Assembly: GCA_002254545.1 (NCBI GenBank)
Contig: NJEA01000002.1
Location: 1-38,185, forward strand
Source of the DNA: Candidatus Aenigmarchaeota archaeon ex4484_224
GTDB taxonomy: Archaea; Aenigmatarchaeota; Aenigmatarchaeia; CG10238-14; EX4484-224
Length of the DNA stretch: 38,185 nucleotides
Direction of reading: 5' to 3'
Both the position numbers and the translations under genes were made by a program. This document shows positions 16,711-25,378 of the stretch, piece after piece. The notes beneath the pieces were generated by a model. It ran no database searches and was not told the origin of the DNA. It saw nothing but the letters and a program-made list of their open reading frames with translations. Numbering within the stretch: the stretch's first letter is position 1; every line of letters starts with the position of its first letter.

Positions 16711-18110
16711 TGAAATCACAAGCAAGCATTGTTATTTTAATTGTAATGGCTGCAATTTCCTTTGCATCTATATATGGAATAATTTCAGGAAGTTTAATTC
16801 AAAAGATTGAAAATGAAATTTCTTTGGTTCATGCAAGCAGAATTATTTCTTCAATTAATAATTTTGAAATGATTAAAATTGGAGCAAAAGTAGCTTGTAA
16901 TTATTCTGCATTTCAAGGAATCTATCATGTAGGAATTAATGGTGGATATGAGGAAGTGCCATCCAATCTTAATTTTAATAGTTATTCTATTTGGAGGAAT
17001 TATTCTAAAACTTTCTTCCCAACTCTTTATCATTACAATATAACGAATAAAACACAAAAAATTATGAAAGAATATGCAGATCAAATTAAATCAGAAAAAG
17101 AAGTAAAAAATCTTGTACTTAAACTTAAAGGAATGGAAGAAGAAAATGATAGATTTAATTTTTCATTGGAAGTAAATAACTTATTATTTTGTAAAGAAGG
17201 ATGTCTTAATGAATTAGGATTTGCCTTTAATTCAACTATTTTAACAAAGTTTAAAGAAATGATGGAGCATGCAAATGAAACTTTTTTAAACAAAGATTTT
17301 TTGAATGAAAGCTTAAAAAATGCATATAAAAATTTACCTAAAAATTGTACTTTAATTGAGATTGGAAATATTTGTGAAAATAAAATTAAGCCACTTGAAT
17401 ATTATATTGAAAATTGTTCAGAATACGAGTTTGGAATTAATTGTGAGAATAAAGAAATTGAAGAATGCATTAATGAAACTTTGCTTTTGGTAAATCAATC
17501 TTTTATAGAATTTATTAAAGGAGTAAAGATTGAAGAAAATGACTTTTCTGCAAGAATGAAACCTCTTAAATCTATAATAAATTTTGAGTATGAGGTTAAA
17601 TATTCCTCAAGGGAGGATTCAAAAGAATGTGGTTGTAAGCGATGGAAAATTGTTTTGAAACCAAAATGGTCAAAACCCCCATCAAATGTAATTGGTTGTG
17701 TAGATACTGATAACGGTAAAGATTATTTTACAATCGGATATTGTGAAAATGAAACAGATAGCTTTGTTGATGTAAGAATTGATGAAGAAAATTATAAAGA
17801 ATATTATTGTGAAAATAATCTTTGCAAGTATGAGAAAGTTAATTGTAATGATGTTTGTTTAAGTTTGGGATATGATAAGGGATTTGTTAGTAATATGGGA
17901 GGGGGTTGTGTTTGTGAAATTTGCGAAGATTGGTATGATGTGCTAAAAAATACTAAGTATGTTTATAAATATCCAGGAGCAATGGCAGCTTTAGTAGAGT
18001 ATCAAGATATCTATAAGTATCCAGTTTATAACTATAGATGGAGGCAAACAAATTATTTTAATACAACAATAGATTTTGTTTCAATAACTGGAAGTAAAAA
18101 AGTTATTTGA
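16707..18110 (+). CDS. Large pilin-like/N-anchored extracellular protein with a Cys-rich C-terminal region
   Basis: 467 aa. MMKSQASIVILIVMAAISFASIYG, with an ATGA overlap to the upstream gene. The C-terminal roughly 170 aa carry many Cys (ECGCKRW...GCVDTDNG...YCENNLCKYEKVNCNDVC...GGGCVCEICEDW). Confidence 0.7.
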   Translation: MMKSQASIVILIVMAAISFASIYGIISGSLIQKIENEISLVHASRIISSINNFEMIKIGAKVACNYSAFQGIYHVGINGGYEEVPSNLNFNSYSIWRNYSKTFFPTLYHYNITNKTQKIMKEYADQIKSEKEVKNLVLKLKGMEEENDRFNFSLEVNNLLFCKEGCLNELGFAFNSTILTKFKEMMEHANETFLNKDFLNESLKNAYKNLPKNCTLIEIGNICENKIKPLEYYIENCSEYEFGINCENKEIEECINETLLLVNQSFIEFIKGVKIEENDFSARMKPLKSIINFEYEVKYSSREDSKECGCKRWKIVLKPKWSKPPSNVIGCVDTDNGKDYFTIGYCENETDSFVDVRIDEENYKEYYCENNLCKYEKVNCNDVCLSLGYDKGFVSNMGGGCVCEICEDWYDVLKNTKYVYKYPGAMAALVEYQDIYKYPVYNYRWRQTNYFNTTIDFVSITGSKKVI

Positions 18111-18375
18111 GAGAAGAGCAACAAGAAGAACAATCACCACCTTCTTTGCAAGTTTGGCAAGCAGATTTTAAATCTTCTGGAAGATGATCCCAACATTCTT
18201 CAAGTTTTTCCCGCAAACCAGGATATCCATTTTCTGAACAAATTTTCATTATTTCGGCTCTACATATTCCTTCTTTAGAAAATCCATAGAGAGGGTTTAA
18301 TCCATATCTAAATGCAACAAAAAGAAGAACAAGAACTACAGAAATTGCAAGAATTAAATAAATAATTTTTTCCAT
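18103..18375 (-). CDS. Small N-anchored Cys-rich protein
   Basis: 90 aa. TM IIYLILAISVVLVLLFVAF, then 9 Cys, ending CQTCKEGGDCSSCCSSLK. Its 3' end overlaps the convergent gene by 8 nt. Confidence 0.6.
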   Translation of the reverse strand: MEKIIYLILAISVVLVLLFVAFRYGLNPLYGFSKEGICRAEIMKICSENGYPGLREKLEECWDHLPEDLKSACQTCKEGGDCSSCCSSLK

Positions 18376-18408
18376 GAAATTAAATTATTTTTACTTGTTA
18401 AAATAATT

Positions 18409-18792
18409 TTATGAATATCCATTTGGATAATCCCTTATTAAAGTACAAAAGTTTTCATCAAACTTTTCTTTTCCAGTTTCTTCCTCAATTTCGATAAATC
18501 CAGACCAAAAGTTTTTAGTACAAGAAATTAATTTTTGTGTTTCTATGGGATTTCCTACTGATACTTGGTCTAATGTTTGATTATTTATTCTAGTAGGATC
18601 TTCGTTACATTTCTGAAGTATAAAATTCCAACATTCTCCTACTGACATTGTTGTCGAAAAAGTTCCGTACTTTGTAAATAATACAACAATTACAAGTGCT
18701 GCTGCTATTAGTACAATTATTAATGGAACCAAAACTGAAATACCTTTCATAATTTTTTCTATTATTTTTCTATTATTTAAACTATTGTGCAT
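18409..18792 (-). CDS. Pilin-like protein with a class III-type signal
   Basis: 127 aa containing MKG|ISVLVPLIIVLIAAALVIVVLF. The start is either ATG 18792 (17-aa leader, 11-nt overlap with the upstream gene) or ATG 18750 (MKG). Confidence 0.65.
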   Translation of the reverse strand: MHNSLNNRKIIEKIMKGISVLVPLIIVLIAAALVIVVLFTKYGTFSTTMSVGECWNFILQKCNEDPTRINNQTLDQVSVGNPIETQKLISCTKNFWSGFIEIEEETGKEKFDENFCTLIRDYPNGYS

Positions 18793-20986
18793 AAGGGATT
18801 ATTGGAGATGAAAAACTTTCTTCTATCGTATAATTCAAAGAAATTTTTACAGAAGATTCTCTTAATTCATTCAAAATATCTTTGTAAGATAAAAGTTCAC
18901 AAATATAACTATCTTTTATAAAATCTTCAAAGGTTTTTTCTCCAACTTCGCTTTTTACATAATTTTGCCAATTTTTTCTAATTTTCTCTATTTCATCTTT
19001 TTGCCAAGAAGGAATTAGTTTTGAACATTCTTCCCATTCTTGCAAAGTATTGTTTTTATAGCAAGCTTCACAATACCTAGCAAGTACATAGAATGGTAAA
19101 TCTTTGAAAGAAATAGTTCTTGCTTCTATTTCTTCGGGTGTTAGCTCTTCGAACTTTTTATTTCCTAAGTAAGTTAGATTTATTTCTATAGAGGAAACAT
19201 TAAATTCACAAATTTTTTGTGGATTAATTATTTTTTCTTTTTCAAAACTTTTCCAAATTTCGTCATTAGGATCTTCTTTACAATCAATTTTTTCTAATCC
19301 CAAAGCTTCTCTTACCAAAATTTTTTTGGAAGGTATATATACAGAAGAAATGGTTTTAATCGGCTCAATTTTAATATCGTGTATTTCTAAGTTTTTACCT
19401 CTATATTTTCCACTAATAATCATTTCTACACTTCTTCTAAATTTTAAATCTTCTAAATTGAAAGGATTTGGGGAAAATGAAAAGTTTAAAGTTAATGGTC
19501 CTTCTTTAAACTTTTGAACAATTTTTGTAGGCTTTGTTAAAGTTTCTGAATAAGTTAAATTTGTAATAGCTACAAAATTTCCAGTATGGTTAAAGATTGT
19601 TTTTATTCTTAATGGAATTCTTGATAAAATTGTCTTATTCCAATCTAAACACTTACAAACAGCAAATTTAATTTTTACACATTTTTTATTATTTTCACAA
19701 GGTAAATTATCTGCGCATTCTACTTCCTTTAAACCTGTATAAGGAAGATTTCTTTCGATTGTCTCTTGAGAATAAGGACATTTCTTCCATTTATAAATTC
19801 CTATTTTATGTCTATCAAATTCTAACAAGAGTTTAATAGAAGATTTTGGAGGTAGTGTTTCTGTATTGTGAAACTCCTTAGACGGAAGAACTATGTTTCC
19901 ATTTTCCTTATTTCCAAATATTATTTCTGGATTTTCAGAATAAATATAGTAAATGAGTGGTGAAAAAATAGTTATGTTTTTGTTATAAAGATTTGTAATA
20001 GTTAAAATTGTATAATAGTTACTTTCTAATGCTAATAATCTATTTTGAACATCATATTCTACTTTAATTCCAACTTTTTTTGGAATTTCTTCAACTTTTG
20101 TTTTAGTTATTGTAACTTGTGGAGCTAGTGGAGGGGCTCCACAAAAAAAGGCATAATACTCTGGATATTTTTGATATAAAGTTTGAAAGAAAGAAGAAGA
20201 GCAAAGAGTAACAGAAGCTCCTTTAACATAAATTGGTATACCAACAAAAATAGAAAGCAAAAGTAAAAGATAGAAGGAAAATGTTGGAAGAAATATATTT
20301 GAAATTTTTGGAGATCTAATTTGAAATAAATTAATTAAAGTTACTATAAAAACTACTATCCAGATAGATAGTTCGACAATTCTTGCTATTCTGTAATTTT
20401 GGCTAATTTCTAAAAGCTTATATACAGAAAAGTCGCTTGGTAGATTTAACCAAGTAACCGAATATTCAGAAACAAAAATTATTATGGAGAGTAATAAAAA
20501 GAGAATTGAGAGATAGAGAAAAATTTTGCTTATGCTAAATCCCACTAAGCTTGAAATGGTATCTAAAACCTTAAGCTTTGGACCCCCAATAATTTGAATT
20601 AGAGCTAAAAGAACAATTGAAATAACAAATCCAACTATAGAAAGAAGGAAGAAAGGAAAAAGAGATGAAGGATTGTGATAGGCAATTGAAATAATCCAAC
20701 CAACTGCTAAGTTAAAAATAACTACTATTAAAGCGATGAAGAGAAAAGCAAAAATAGGAAGTCCTTTAAATCCAATATTTTTGAATTGTGAAGGGACTGA
20801 TGAAAAAGCATTTGAGATTTTATCTCTCATAATACTTTTAAATTTTGATTGTTTTGTTCTTTCTTCCAACCATTTGGAAAACGGAAGCTTTGTTCTCCCA
20901 CTGGTATATTCTTTCATCCATTCAATGTAGAGTGGATTTAATTTATTTTTCTTTGTCATTTTATCTAAAATTATTTTTACTTCCAA
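18782..20986 (-). CDS. Large polytopic membrane protein with a roughly 450-aa extracytoplasmic C-terminal domain; unknown family
   Basis: 734 aa. A basic cytoplasmic N-terminus, about 6-7 TM segments between roughly residues 75 and 255, then a Cys-containing soluble region (KKCPYSQ...ECADNLPCENNKKCVKIKFAVCKC). Confidence 0.7.
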   Translation of the reverse strand: MEVKIILDKMTKKNKLNPLYIEWMKEYTSGRTKLPFSKWLEERTKQSKFKSIMRDKISNAFSSVPSQFKNIGFKGLPIFAFLFIALIVVIFNLAVGWIISIAYHNPSSLFPFFLLSIVGFVISIVLLALIQIIGGPKLKVLDTISSLVGFSISKIFLYLSILFLLLSIIIFVSEYSVTWLNLPSDFSVYKLLEISQNYRIARIVELSIWIVVFIVTLINLFQIRSPKISNIFLPTFSFYLLLLLSIFVGIPIYVKGASVTLCSSSFFQTLYQKYPEYYAFFCGAPPLAPQVTITKTKVEEIPKKVGIKVEYDVQNRLLALESNYYTILTITNLYNKNITIFSPLIYYIYSENPEIIFGNKENGNIVLPSKEFHNTETLPPKSSIKLLLEFDRHKIGIYKWKKCPYSQETIERNLPYTGLKEVECADNLPCENNKKCVKIKFAVCKCLDWNKTILSRIPLRIKTIFNHTGNFVAITNLTYSETLTKPTKIVQKFKEGPLTLNFSFSPNPFNLEDLKFRRSVEMIISGKYRGKNLEIHDIKIEPIKTISSVYIPSKKILVREALGLEKIDCKEDPNDEIWKSFEKEKIINPQKICEFNVSSIEINLTYLGNKKFEELTPEEIEARTISFKDLPFYVLARYCEACYKNNTLQEWEECSKLIPSWQKDEIEKIRKNWQNYVKSEVGEKTFEDFIKDSYICELLSYKDILNELRESSVKISLNYTIEESFSSPIIPYAQ

Positions 20987-21153
20987 AAATTAATAGAAAA
21001 ATCTATACAGCTATTGAAATAAGGAGGAATATTGTAGATAGAAATCTTTATATAGCTTGCTATAAGTGCTATTTTTCCAAAAAATTTAAATATTACCATC
21101 TAAATAACATTTACAAGCAATAAGCTTAAAAAAGCCAAGAAAAAGGTGGAAAA

Positions 21154-21435
21154 ATGGCTGAACAACAAGCAGAAAATATAGTATATGTTGGTAAAAAGCC
21201 AAGCATGAGCTATGTACTAGCAGTAATAACTCAATTCACAAACGGGCAAAAAGAAGTGATAGTAAAAGCAAGAGGAAGAGCAATAAGCAAGGCAGTTGAT
21301 GTAGCTGAAGTAGTAAGAAGAAAGTTTATGAAGGATGTTAAAATAAAGAAAATAGAGACTGATACAGAAGAAAGAGAACTAGAAGATGGAAGAAAAGTAA
21401 ATGTTTCAACCATCACAATAGTACTAACAAAATAA
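21154..21435 (+). CDS. albA: DNA/RNA-binding protein Alba
   Basis: 93 aa. [21 protein letters not shown]...[33 protein letters not shown] upstream. Confidence 0.92.
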   Translation: MAEQQAENIVYVGKKPSMSYVLAVITQFTNGQKEVIVKARGRAISKAVDVAEVVRRKFMKDVKIKKIETDTEERELEDGRKVNVSTITIVLTK

Positions 21436-21449
21436 ATCTAAACTAGCAA

Positions 21450-21470
21450 CTTTTTCTTTTTTATTTTTTT
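21450..21470 (+). terminator. Oligo-T tract, a likely archaeal terminator after albA
   Basis: ctttttcttttttattttttt lies directly after the albA stop, in a convergent spacer. Confidence 0.4.
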
Positions 21471-21475
21471 GAAAA

Positions 21476-23020
21476 TTATCTTTCAAGGATAAACTGTTTT
21501 TTATGTTCAAATCCATCTTTAACTTTACTTATTAACATTTCAGCTTTTTTTCCAATTCCAAAAATTCTACTTTCTTCAACAATTTTTTCAATTCTATCTA
21601 ATTTATTTTCATGCTCAGCAAAAACAGAAAAAATCTTTTGTCCTTTCTTAACTTTATCTCCAATTTTTTTGTAAATTAAAATTCCAGATCCTTTTTCTTT
21701 TGGGGCTCCAGCCATTCTAGCAATTTCAACCAATTTTTTACTGTCAATCCAAAAAACTTTTCCATCTTCCTTTGCATAAACATCAAGCTTATATCTTCCA
21801 ATAGGTATATCTTCTGGTTTAATTTTTCCATTCCCTCCTTGCTCTTCAATAATTTCCCTAAGCTTTTTTTCAGCTTTTCCAGACTTCCAAGCTTTATAAG
21901 CTAATTCTTTTCCGTCTTTTCTTCCAACCATTGATAGCAAAATCCCAGCTAACTCTAAAACTTTATCTAATTGATCATCAACAATTTTCTTTCTCATTAA
22001 AATTTCCAAAGCTTCCTTAGCTTCTAAAGCTGGACCAATTGTATATCCAATTGGTTGCTCTCCATAAGTTATTGCTACATTAACTTTAATTCCTAGCATT
22101 CTTCCAAGTTCTATAAAATCTTTAGCTAATAAAGTAGCATCTCCAATAGTTTTTACTTTTGTTCCTCTTCCAGTTGGTATATCTATAACTAAATGTGTTG
22201 CACCAACAGCTTTTTTCTTACTCATTATAGAAGGAAATAGCAAAGGATCTATTCCTAAAGGATATTCAACTTGTATAAAAATATCATCAGCAGGAGCTAA
22301 ATGTAAAGCTCCTCCCCAAATCAAACAACCATTAGTTTTTTCAACAACTCTTTTCATTTCTTCTAACTCTAACTCAACATTAGTCAAAACCTCAACTTTA
22401 TCAGCTGTTCCAGCAGCACTTGTAATTGCTCTTGAACTGGTTTTTGGAATTGTATACCCTAAACTTGCAATTATAGGAACTAAAATAATTGAAGTTTTAT
22501 CTCCAAAGGCTCCTCCAATTGAATGTTTATCCAAAATATACTTTCTATCTAGCTTCAAAACTTCTCCAGTTTTTACCATAGCTAAGCTTAAGTTTGCAGC
22601 TTCCTCTAAGCTTAATCCATAACTATGCAAAGCAACAACAAATCCAGTAATTTCAATTTCACTCAAATTTCCTTTAACAACATCTTTAACAATTTGGTAA
22701 ATTTTTTCTTTGCTCAACCTTCTTCCTCTTAACTTTTCTCTTATGTATTCAACAGAAACGGGAAAGGGAGCTTCATTAACTTCAATGCTTTCATTTTCTT
22801 TAACTTTTAATCTTCTTTCTACTTCTTCTGAAAAACCAATTTCCCCTTTCTTTACCAAAGATTTTGATAAATTGACAATTCCAACAATCTTTTTATTACC
22901 ATAAGAAATTTCAACTCTCGAAGATCCTCTTACTCCAATTTCTCTTGCATCATCTTCATTCAAAATAACAACTGGTTTTCTTCCAGCTGACAAACCTAAA
23001 ATTCTAACTTTTAGTTTCAT
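21476..23020 (-). CDS. deoA: AMP phosphorylase (thymidine phosphorylase family, archaeal DeoA)
   Basis: 514 aa. An N-terminal extra domain plus the glycosyltransferase-family-3 core (DKHSIGGAFGDKTS, TSSRAITSAAGTAD). Its length and its linkage to rbcL and e2b2 fit AMPpase rather than TPase. Confidence 0.88.
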   Translation of the reverse strand: MKLKVRILGLSAGRKPVVILNEDDAREIGVRGSSRVEISYGNKKIVGIVNLSKSLVKKGEIGFSEEVERRLKVKENESIEVNEAPFPVSVEYIREKLRGRRLSKEKIYQIVKDVVKGNLSEIEITGFVVALHSYGLSLEEAANLSLAMVKTGEVLKLDRKYILDKHSIGGAFGDKTSIILVPIIASLGYTIPKTSSRAITSAAGTADKVEVLTNVELELEEMKRVVEKTNGCLIWGGALHLAPADDIFIQVEYPLGIDPLLFPSIMSKKKAVGATHLVIDIPTGRGTKVKTIGDATLLAKDFIELGRMLGIKVNVAITYGEQPIGYTIGPALEAKEALEILMRKKIVDDQLDKVLELAGILLSMVGRKDGKELAYKAWKSGKAEKKLREIIEEQGGNGKIKPEDIPIGRYKLDVYAKEDGKVFWIDSKKLVEIARMAGAPKEKGSGILIYKKIGDKVKKGQKIFSVFAEHENKLDRIEKIVEESRIFGIGKKAEMLISKVKDGFEHKKQFILER

Positions 23021-23280
23021 TTAACAACACACCTCCCATTTTCATAAACACAACTTTTATTTGGTTTTGGTGTTTTTACATTTGGACATAATACAAATTT
23101 TGAACAATTTTCCTTAAAATTTCTTATATCTACACAAGCCCAAATTGCTCCATATTCATAACAACAATTTATAGATCTCCATTCACATGGATTAAAAAAG
23201 AATTTTTGGTATATCCAATAAGCTAAACTCACAATCAATATTAAGATAAAAATGATTAGAAAAACTTTTTTGTAATTCAT
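23017..23280 (-). CDS. Small N-anchored Cys-rich protein embedded in the AMP-salvage operon
   Basis: 87 aa. TM VFLIIFILILIVSLAYWIY, then 8 Cys (NPCEWRSINCCYEYGAIWACV...CSKFVLCP...SCVYENGRCVVK). It has 4-nt overlaps with both rbcL (upstream) and deoA (downstream). Confidence 0.65.
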   Translation of the reverse strand: MNYKKVFLIIFILILIVSLAYWIYQKFFFNPCEWRSINCCYEYGAIWACVDIRNFKENCSKFVLCPNVKTPKPNKSCVYENGRCVVK

Positions 23281-24515
23281 TTAACTCTCCTATATCCCCA
23301 TTTTTTAATAGCTAATCTAACTTCTTCACTTTTTTTAGCAATTTCTTTAGTTGTATATCCTTCAATTAATCCTTCAACAACTTCTCTCATAGCTTTAGCC
23401 CCTGCAAAAGTTCCTTTTGGATGGGCATGAATTCCTCCCCCAGCTTGTATAACAATATCATTTCCTAGCTTTTTTACTAAAGCTGGAATTAAACCAGGAT
23501 GTAACCCACCACTAGCTACAGGCAAAACTTTTCTAACTCTAAACCATTCACTTCTCAAAAATTCATTGCACAATTCTGTTTCATTCTCCAAAGCTTTCAT
23601 TTTTCCAATTCCTGCAGTTCCTGTATGAATTTGATCAACTCCAACCAATCTAGAAATTTTTGCTATAAAATACATAGAAATTCCATGCTTAGGATTTCTT
23701 GTAATAGCTGCATGCATTGCTCGATGAGCATGTAAAGCTAAATTAAATTCTTGATTTCTCAAAGTTTGTAAGGCGGAAAATCCTATAGTCAAAATATCAA
23801 CCATCATATAATTATTCCCAAATTCTTCTAACAAATAAGCTCTTTTAATCATTTCAAAAGTTTCACTAGTAACATTAGCTAGATATCCTTTAACTTCTCC
23901 AGTTTCTTTTTCAGCTTTCTCTTTTGCTTTTAAAACCAATTCAATTCTTTTCTCAAATTTGTTAAAATTTTGCGAAGCTAAATTTTCATCATCTTTTACA
24001 ATATCTATACCACCTTTCCAAGCTTCGTAAGCAACTTTTGCAAAATCTTTGGTATTTAAACCAACTTTTGGTTTAACAATAGTTCCAATCAAAGGTCTTT
24101 TTTTAATTTTCAACATTTTTCTAATTCCTTTAATTCCAAATTTTGGCCCCCTAAAACTTTTCACATACTTTCTAGGAAACTGTACATCTAACAATTTCAA
24201 ATTCTTAACTATTTTCATTCCAAAAATATTTCCAGCAATACTAGAAAGTAAATTTGGTAAATTTCCAAGTTCAAAAAGTTCTAAAGGATATGCAATTTTC
24301 ACAAAGTTTTTCTTCAATTCAAAAACTTTTGCAGAAATTTTTTTAACATAAGAATTTTCTTTTACTTCAGACCATGTTCCAGTAGAACTTTCAGCAGCTA
24401 TAGCTCCAGCAACTTTCTTTAAGTTTTTATCATTAGGTTCAAAATAAAAACTTGCAATTATTTCTTTCTTTGGATTTGGTTTATAGTTTAAATCAACATA
24501 ATCTTCATATTTCAT
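23277..24515 (-). CDS. rbcL: RuBisCO large subunit, form III type
   Basis: AAESSTGTW, AGNIFG, IVKPKVGL, GGIDIVKDDENL, LHAHRAMHAA, IHTGT, GKM, ASGG and AGGGIHAHP: all catalytic-site motifs are present. I place the start at ATG 24515 (MKYEDYVDLNYKP), which overlaps the e2b2 stop as ATGA. This gives 412 aa. Confidence 0.92.
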   Translation of the reverse strand: MKYEDYVDLNYKPNPKKEIIASFYFEPNDKNLKKVAGAIAAESSTGTWSEVKENSYVKKISAKVFELKKNFVKIAYPLELFELGNLPNLLSSIAGNIFGMKIVKNLKLLDVQFPRKYVKSFRGPKFGIKGIRKMLKIKKRPLIGTIVKPKVGLNTKDFAKVAYEAWKGGIDIVKDDENLASQNFNKFEKRIELVLKAKEKAEKETGEVKGYLANVTSETFEMIKRAYLLEEFGNNYMMVDILTIGFSALQTLRNQEFNLALHAHRAMHAAITRNPKHGISMYFIAKISRLVGVDQIHTGTAGIGKMKALENETELCNEFLRSEWFRVRKVLPVASGGLHPGLIPALVKKLGNDIVIQAGGGIHAHPKGTFAGAKAMREVVEGLIEGYTTKEIAKKSEEVRLAIKKWGYRRVK

Positions 24516-25342
24516 TTTTTCACCAAATATTTCATAACATCTTTCTTTTTCAAAATTCCAAAATCTGTTATTAAAGCAGTTATATTTTCCCAAGGAACTA
24601 TGTCAAAAGCAGGATTTCTTACTTTAACTCCTTTAATTTTCTTTCCAACTAACTTCCAAATTTCATTTTCACTTCTTTCTTCAATCACAAATTTTTTTCT
24701 TTTATCAAACTTGAAATGATTTCCAACCATATAGAACTTTTTACCTTCTTTCTTAGCAGCTAATGAAATTAAATAAGTTCCAATTTTATTTACTATACCT
24801 TCCTTTCTAATAGCATCACTTCCAACAATAACCATATCAACATCTTTCATAAAATAGCCAGCTGCAGAATCAGCAATTAAATTAACTTTTATTCCAACTT
24901 CTTTTAACTCTTTTACTGTTTTAATTCCTTGGAATAGTGGCTCAGTAACTGTTGCAAAAACTTCAATTTTCTTTCTCTTTTCTTTCGCTTTTTTAATTAC
25001 AGCCAAAGCCTCTCCACTATGACAATGAGTCATTATTTTAGCTTTTTTAGGAATTATTTTTTGACCAATTTCTGCCAATTTTTTTGTTGAATTTTCTAAT
25101 TCTTTTATCAATTCATCAAAAGTTTCAACTCTTTTTTCTTTTTTTACAATTTCCAAAACATTATGCAAAACAACTGCGGTAGGCCTAACTTTCTCTAGCT
25201 TTTCACAAGCAGTTTCAAACTTTTTTCCAAACCCATATTTTTTGCTATATTCTTTCAGAAATTTTAATCCGAAAATTGCAATTTCTTTAGCTCCTTGAAC
25301 TTTGACATCTTTGATTTGCTTTAAAGCAAATTTTAAATTCAT
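24512..25342 (-). CDS. e2b2: Ribose-1,5-bisphosphate isomerase (eIF-2B alpha/beta/delta-like, e2b2)
   Basis: 276 aa. THCHSGEA (catalytic Cys context) and VGSDAIRKEGIVNKIGT (catalytic Asp context). Operon partner of rbcL and deoA. Confidence 0.82.
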   Translation of the reverse strand: MNLKFALKQIKDVKVQGAKEIAIFGLKFLKEYSKKYGFGKKFETACEKLEKVRPTAVVLHNVLEIVKKEKRVETFDELIKELENSTKKLAEIGQKIIPKKAKIMTHCHSGEALAVIKKAKEKRKKIEVFATVTEPLFQGIKTVKELKEVGIKVNLIADSAAGYFMKDVDMVIVGSDAIRKEGIVNKIGTYLISLAAKKEGKKFYMVGNHFKFDKRKKFVIEERSENEIWKLVGKKIKGVKVRNPAFDIVPWENITALITDFGILKKKDVMKYLVKK

Positions 25343-25378
25343 AATTACAAATTTGTTTTTCCAAATTAAATTTTCATT

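Noticed and set aside
20845-21123. 92-aa plus-strand ORF spanning the spacer between the 734-aa gene and albA. Also the 66-aa ORF at 8817-9017 and the 71-aa ORF at 3316-3531.
   Set aside because: They overlap the 5' ends of strong genes or promoter-like AT-rich spacers. Their translations are low-complexity, and they have no RBS.
23277-24515. RuBisCO as evidence of Calvin-cycle autotrophy.
   Set aside because: The gene is flanked by e2b2 and deoA, which is the AMP/nucleoside salvage context of form III enzymes. No phosphoribulokinase or small subunit is in the window.
24516-24593. 26-aa N-terminal extension of RuBisCO in the ORF track (MGKYNCFNNRFWNFEKERCYEIFGEK).
   Set aside because: It lies entirely inside the e2b2 coding region. 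The internal ATG at 24515 gives the canonical MKYEDYVDL start and an ATGA junction with the e2b2 stop.
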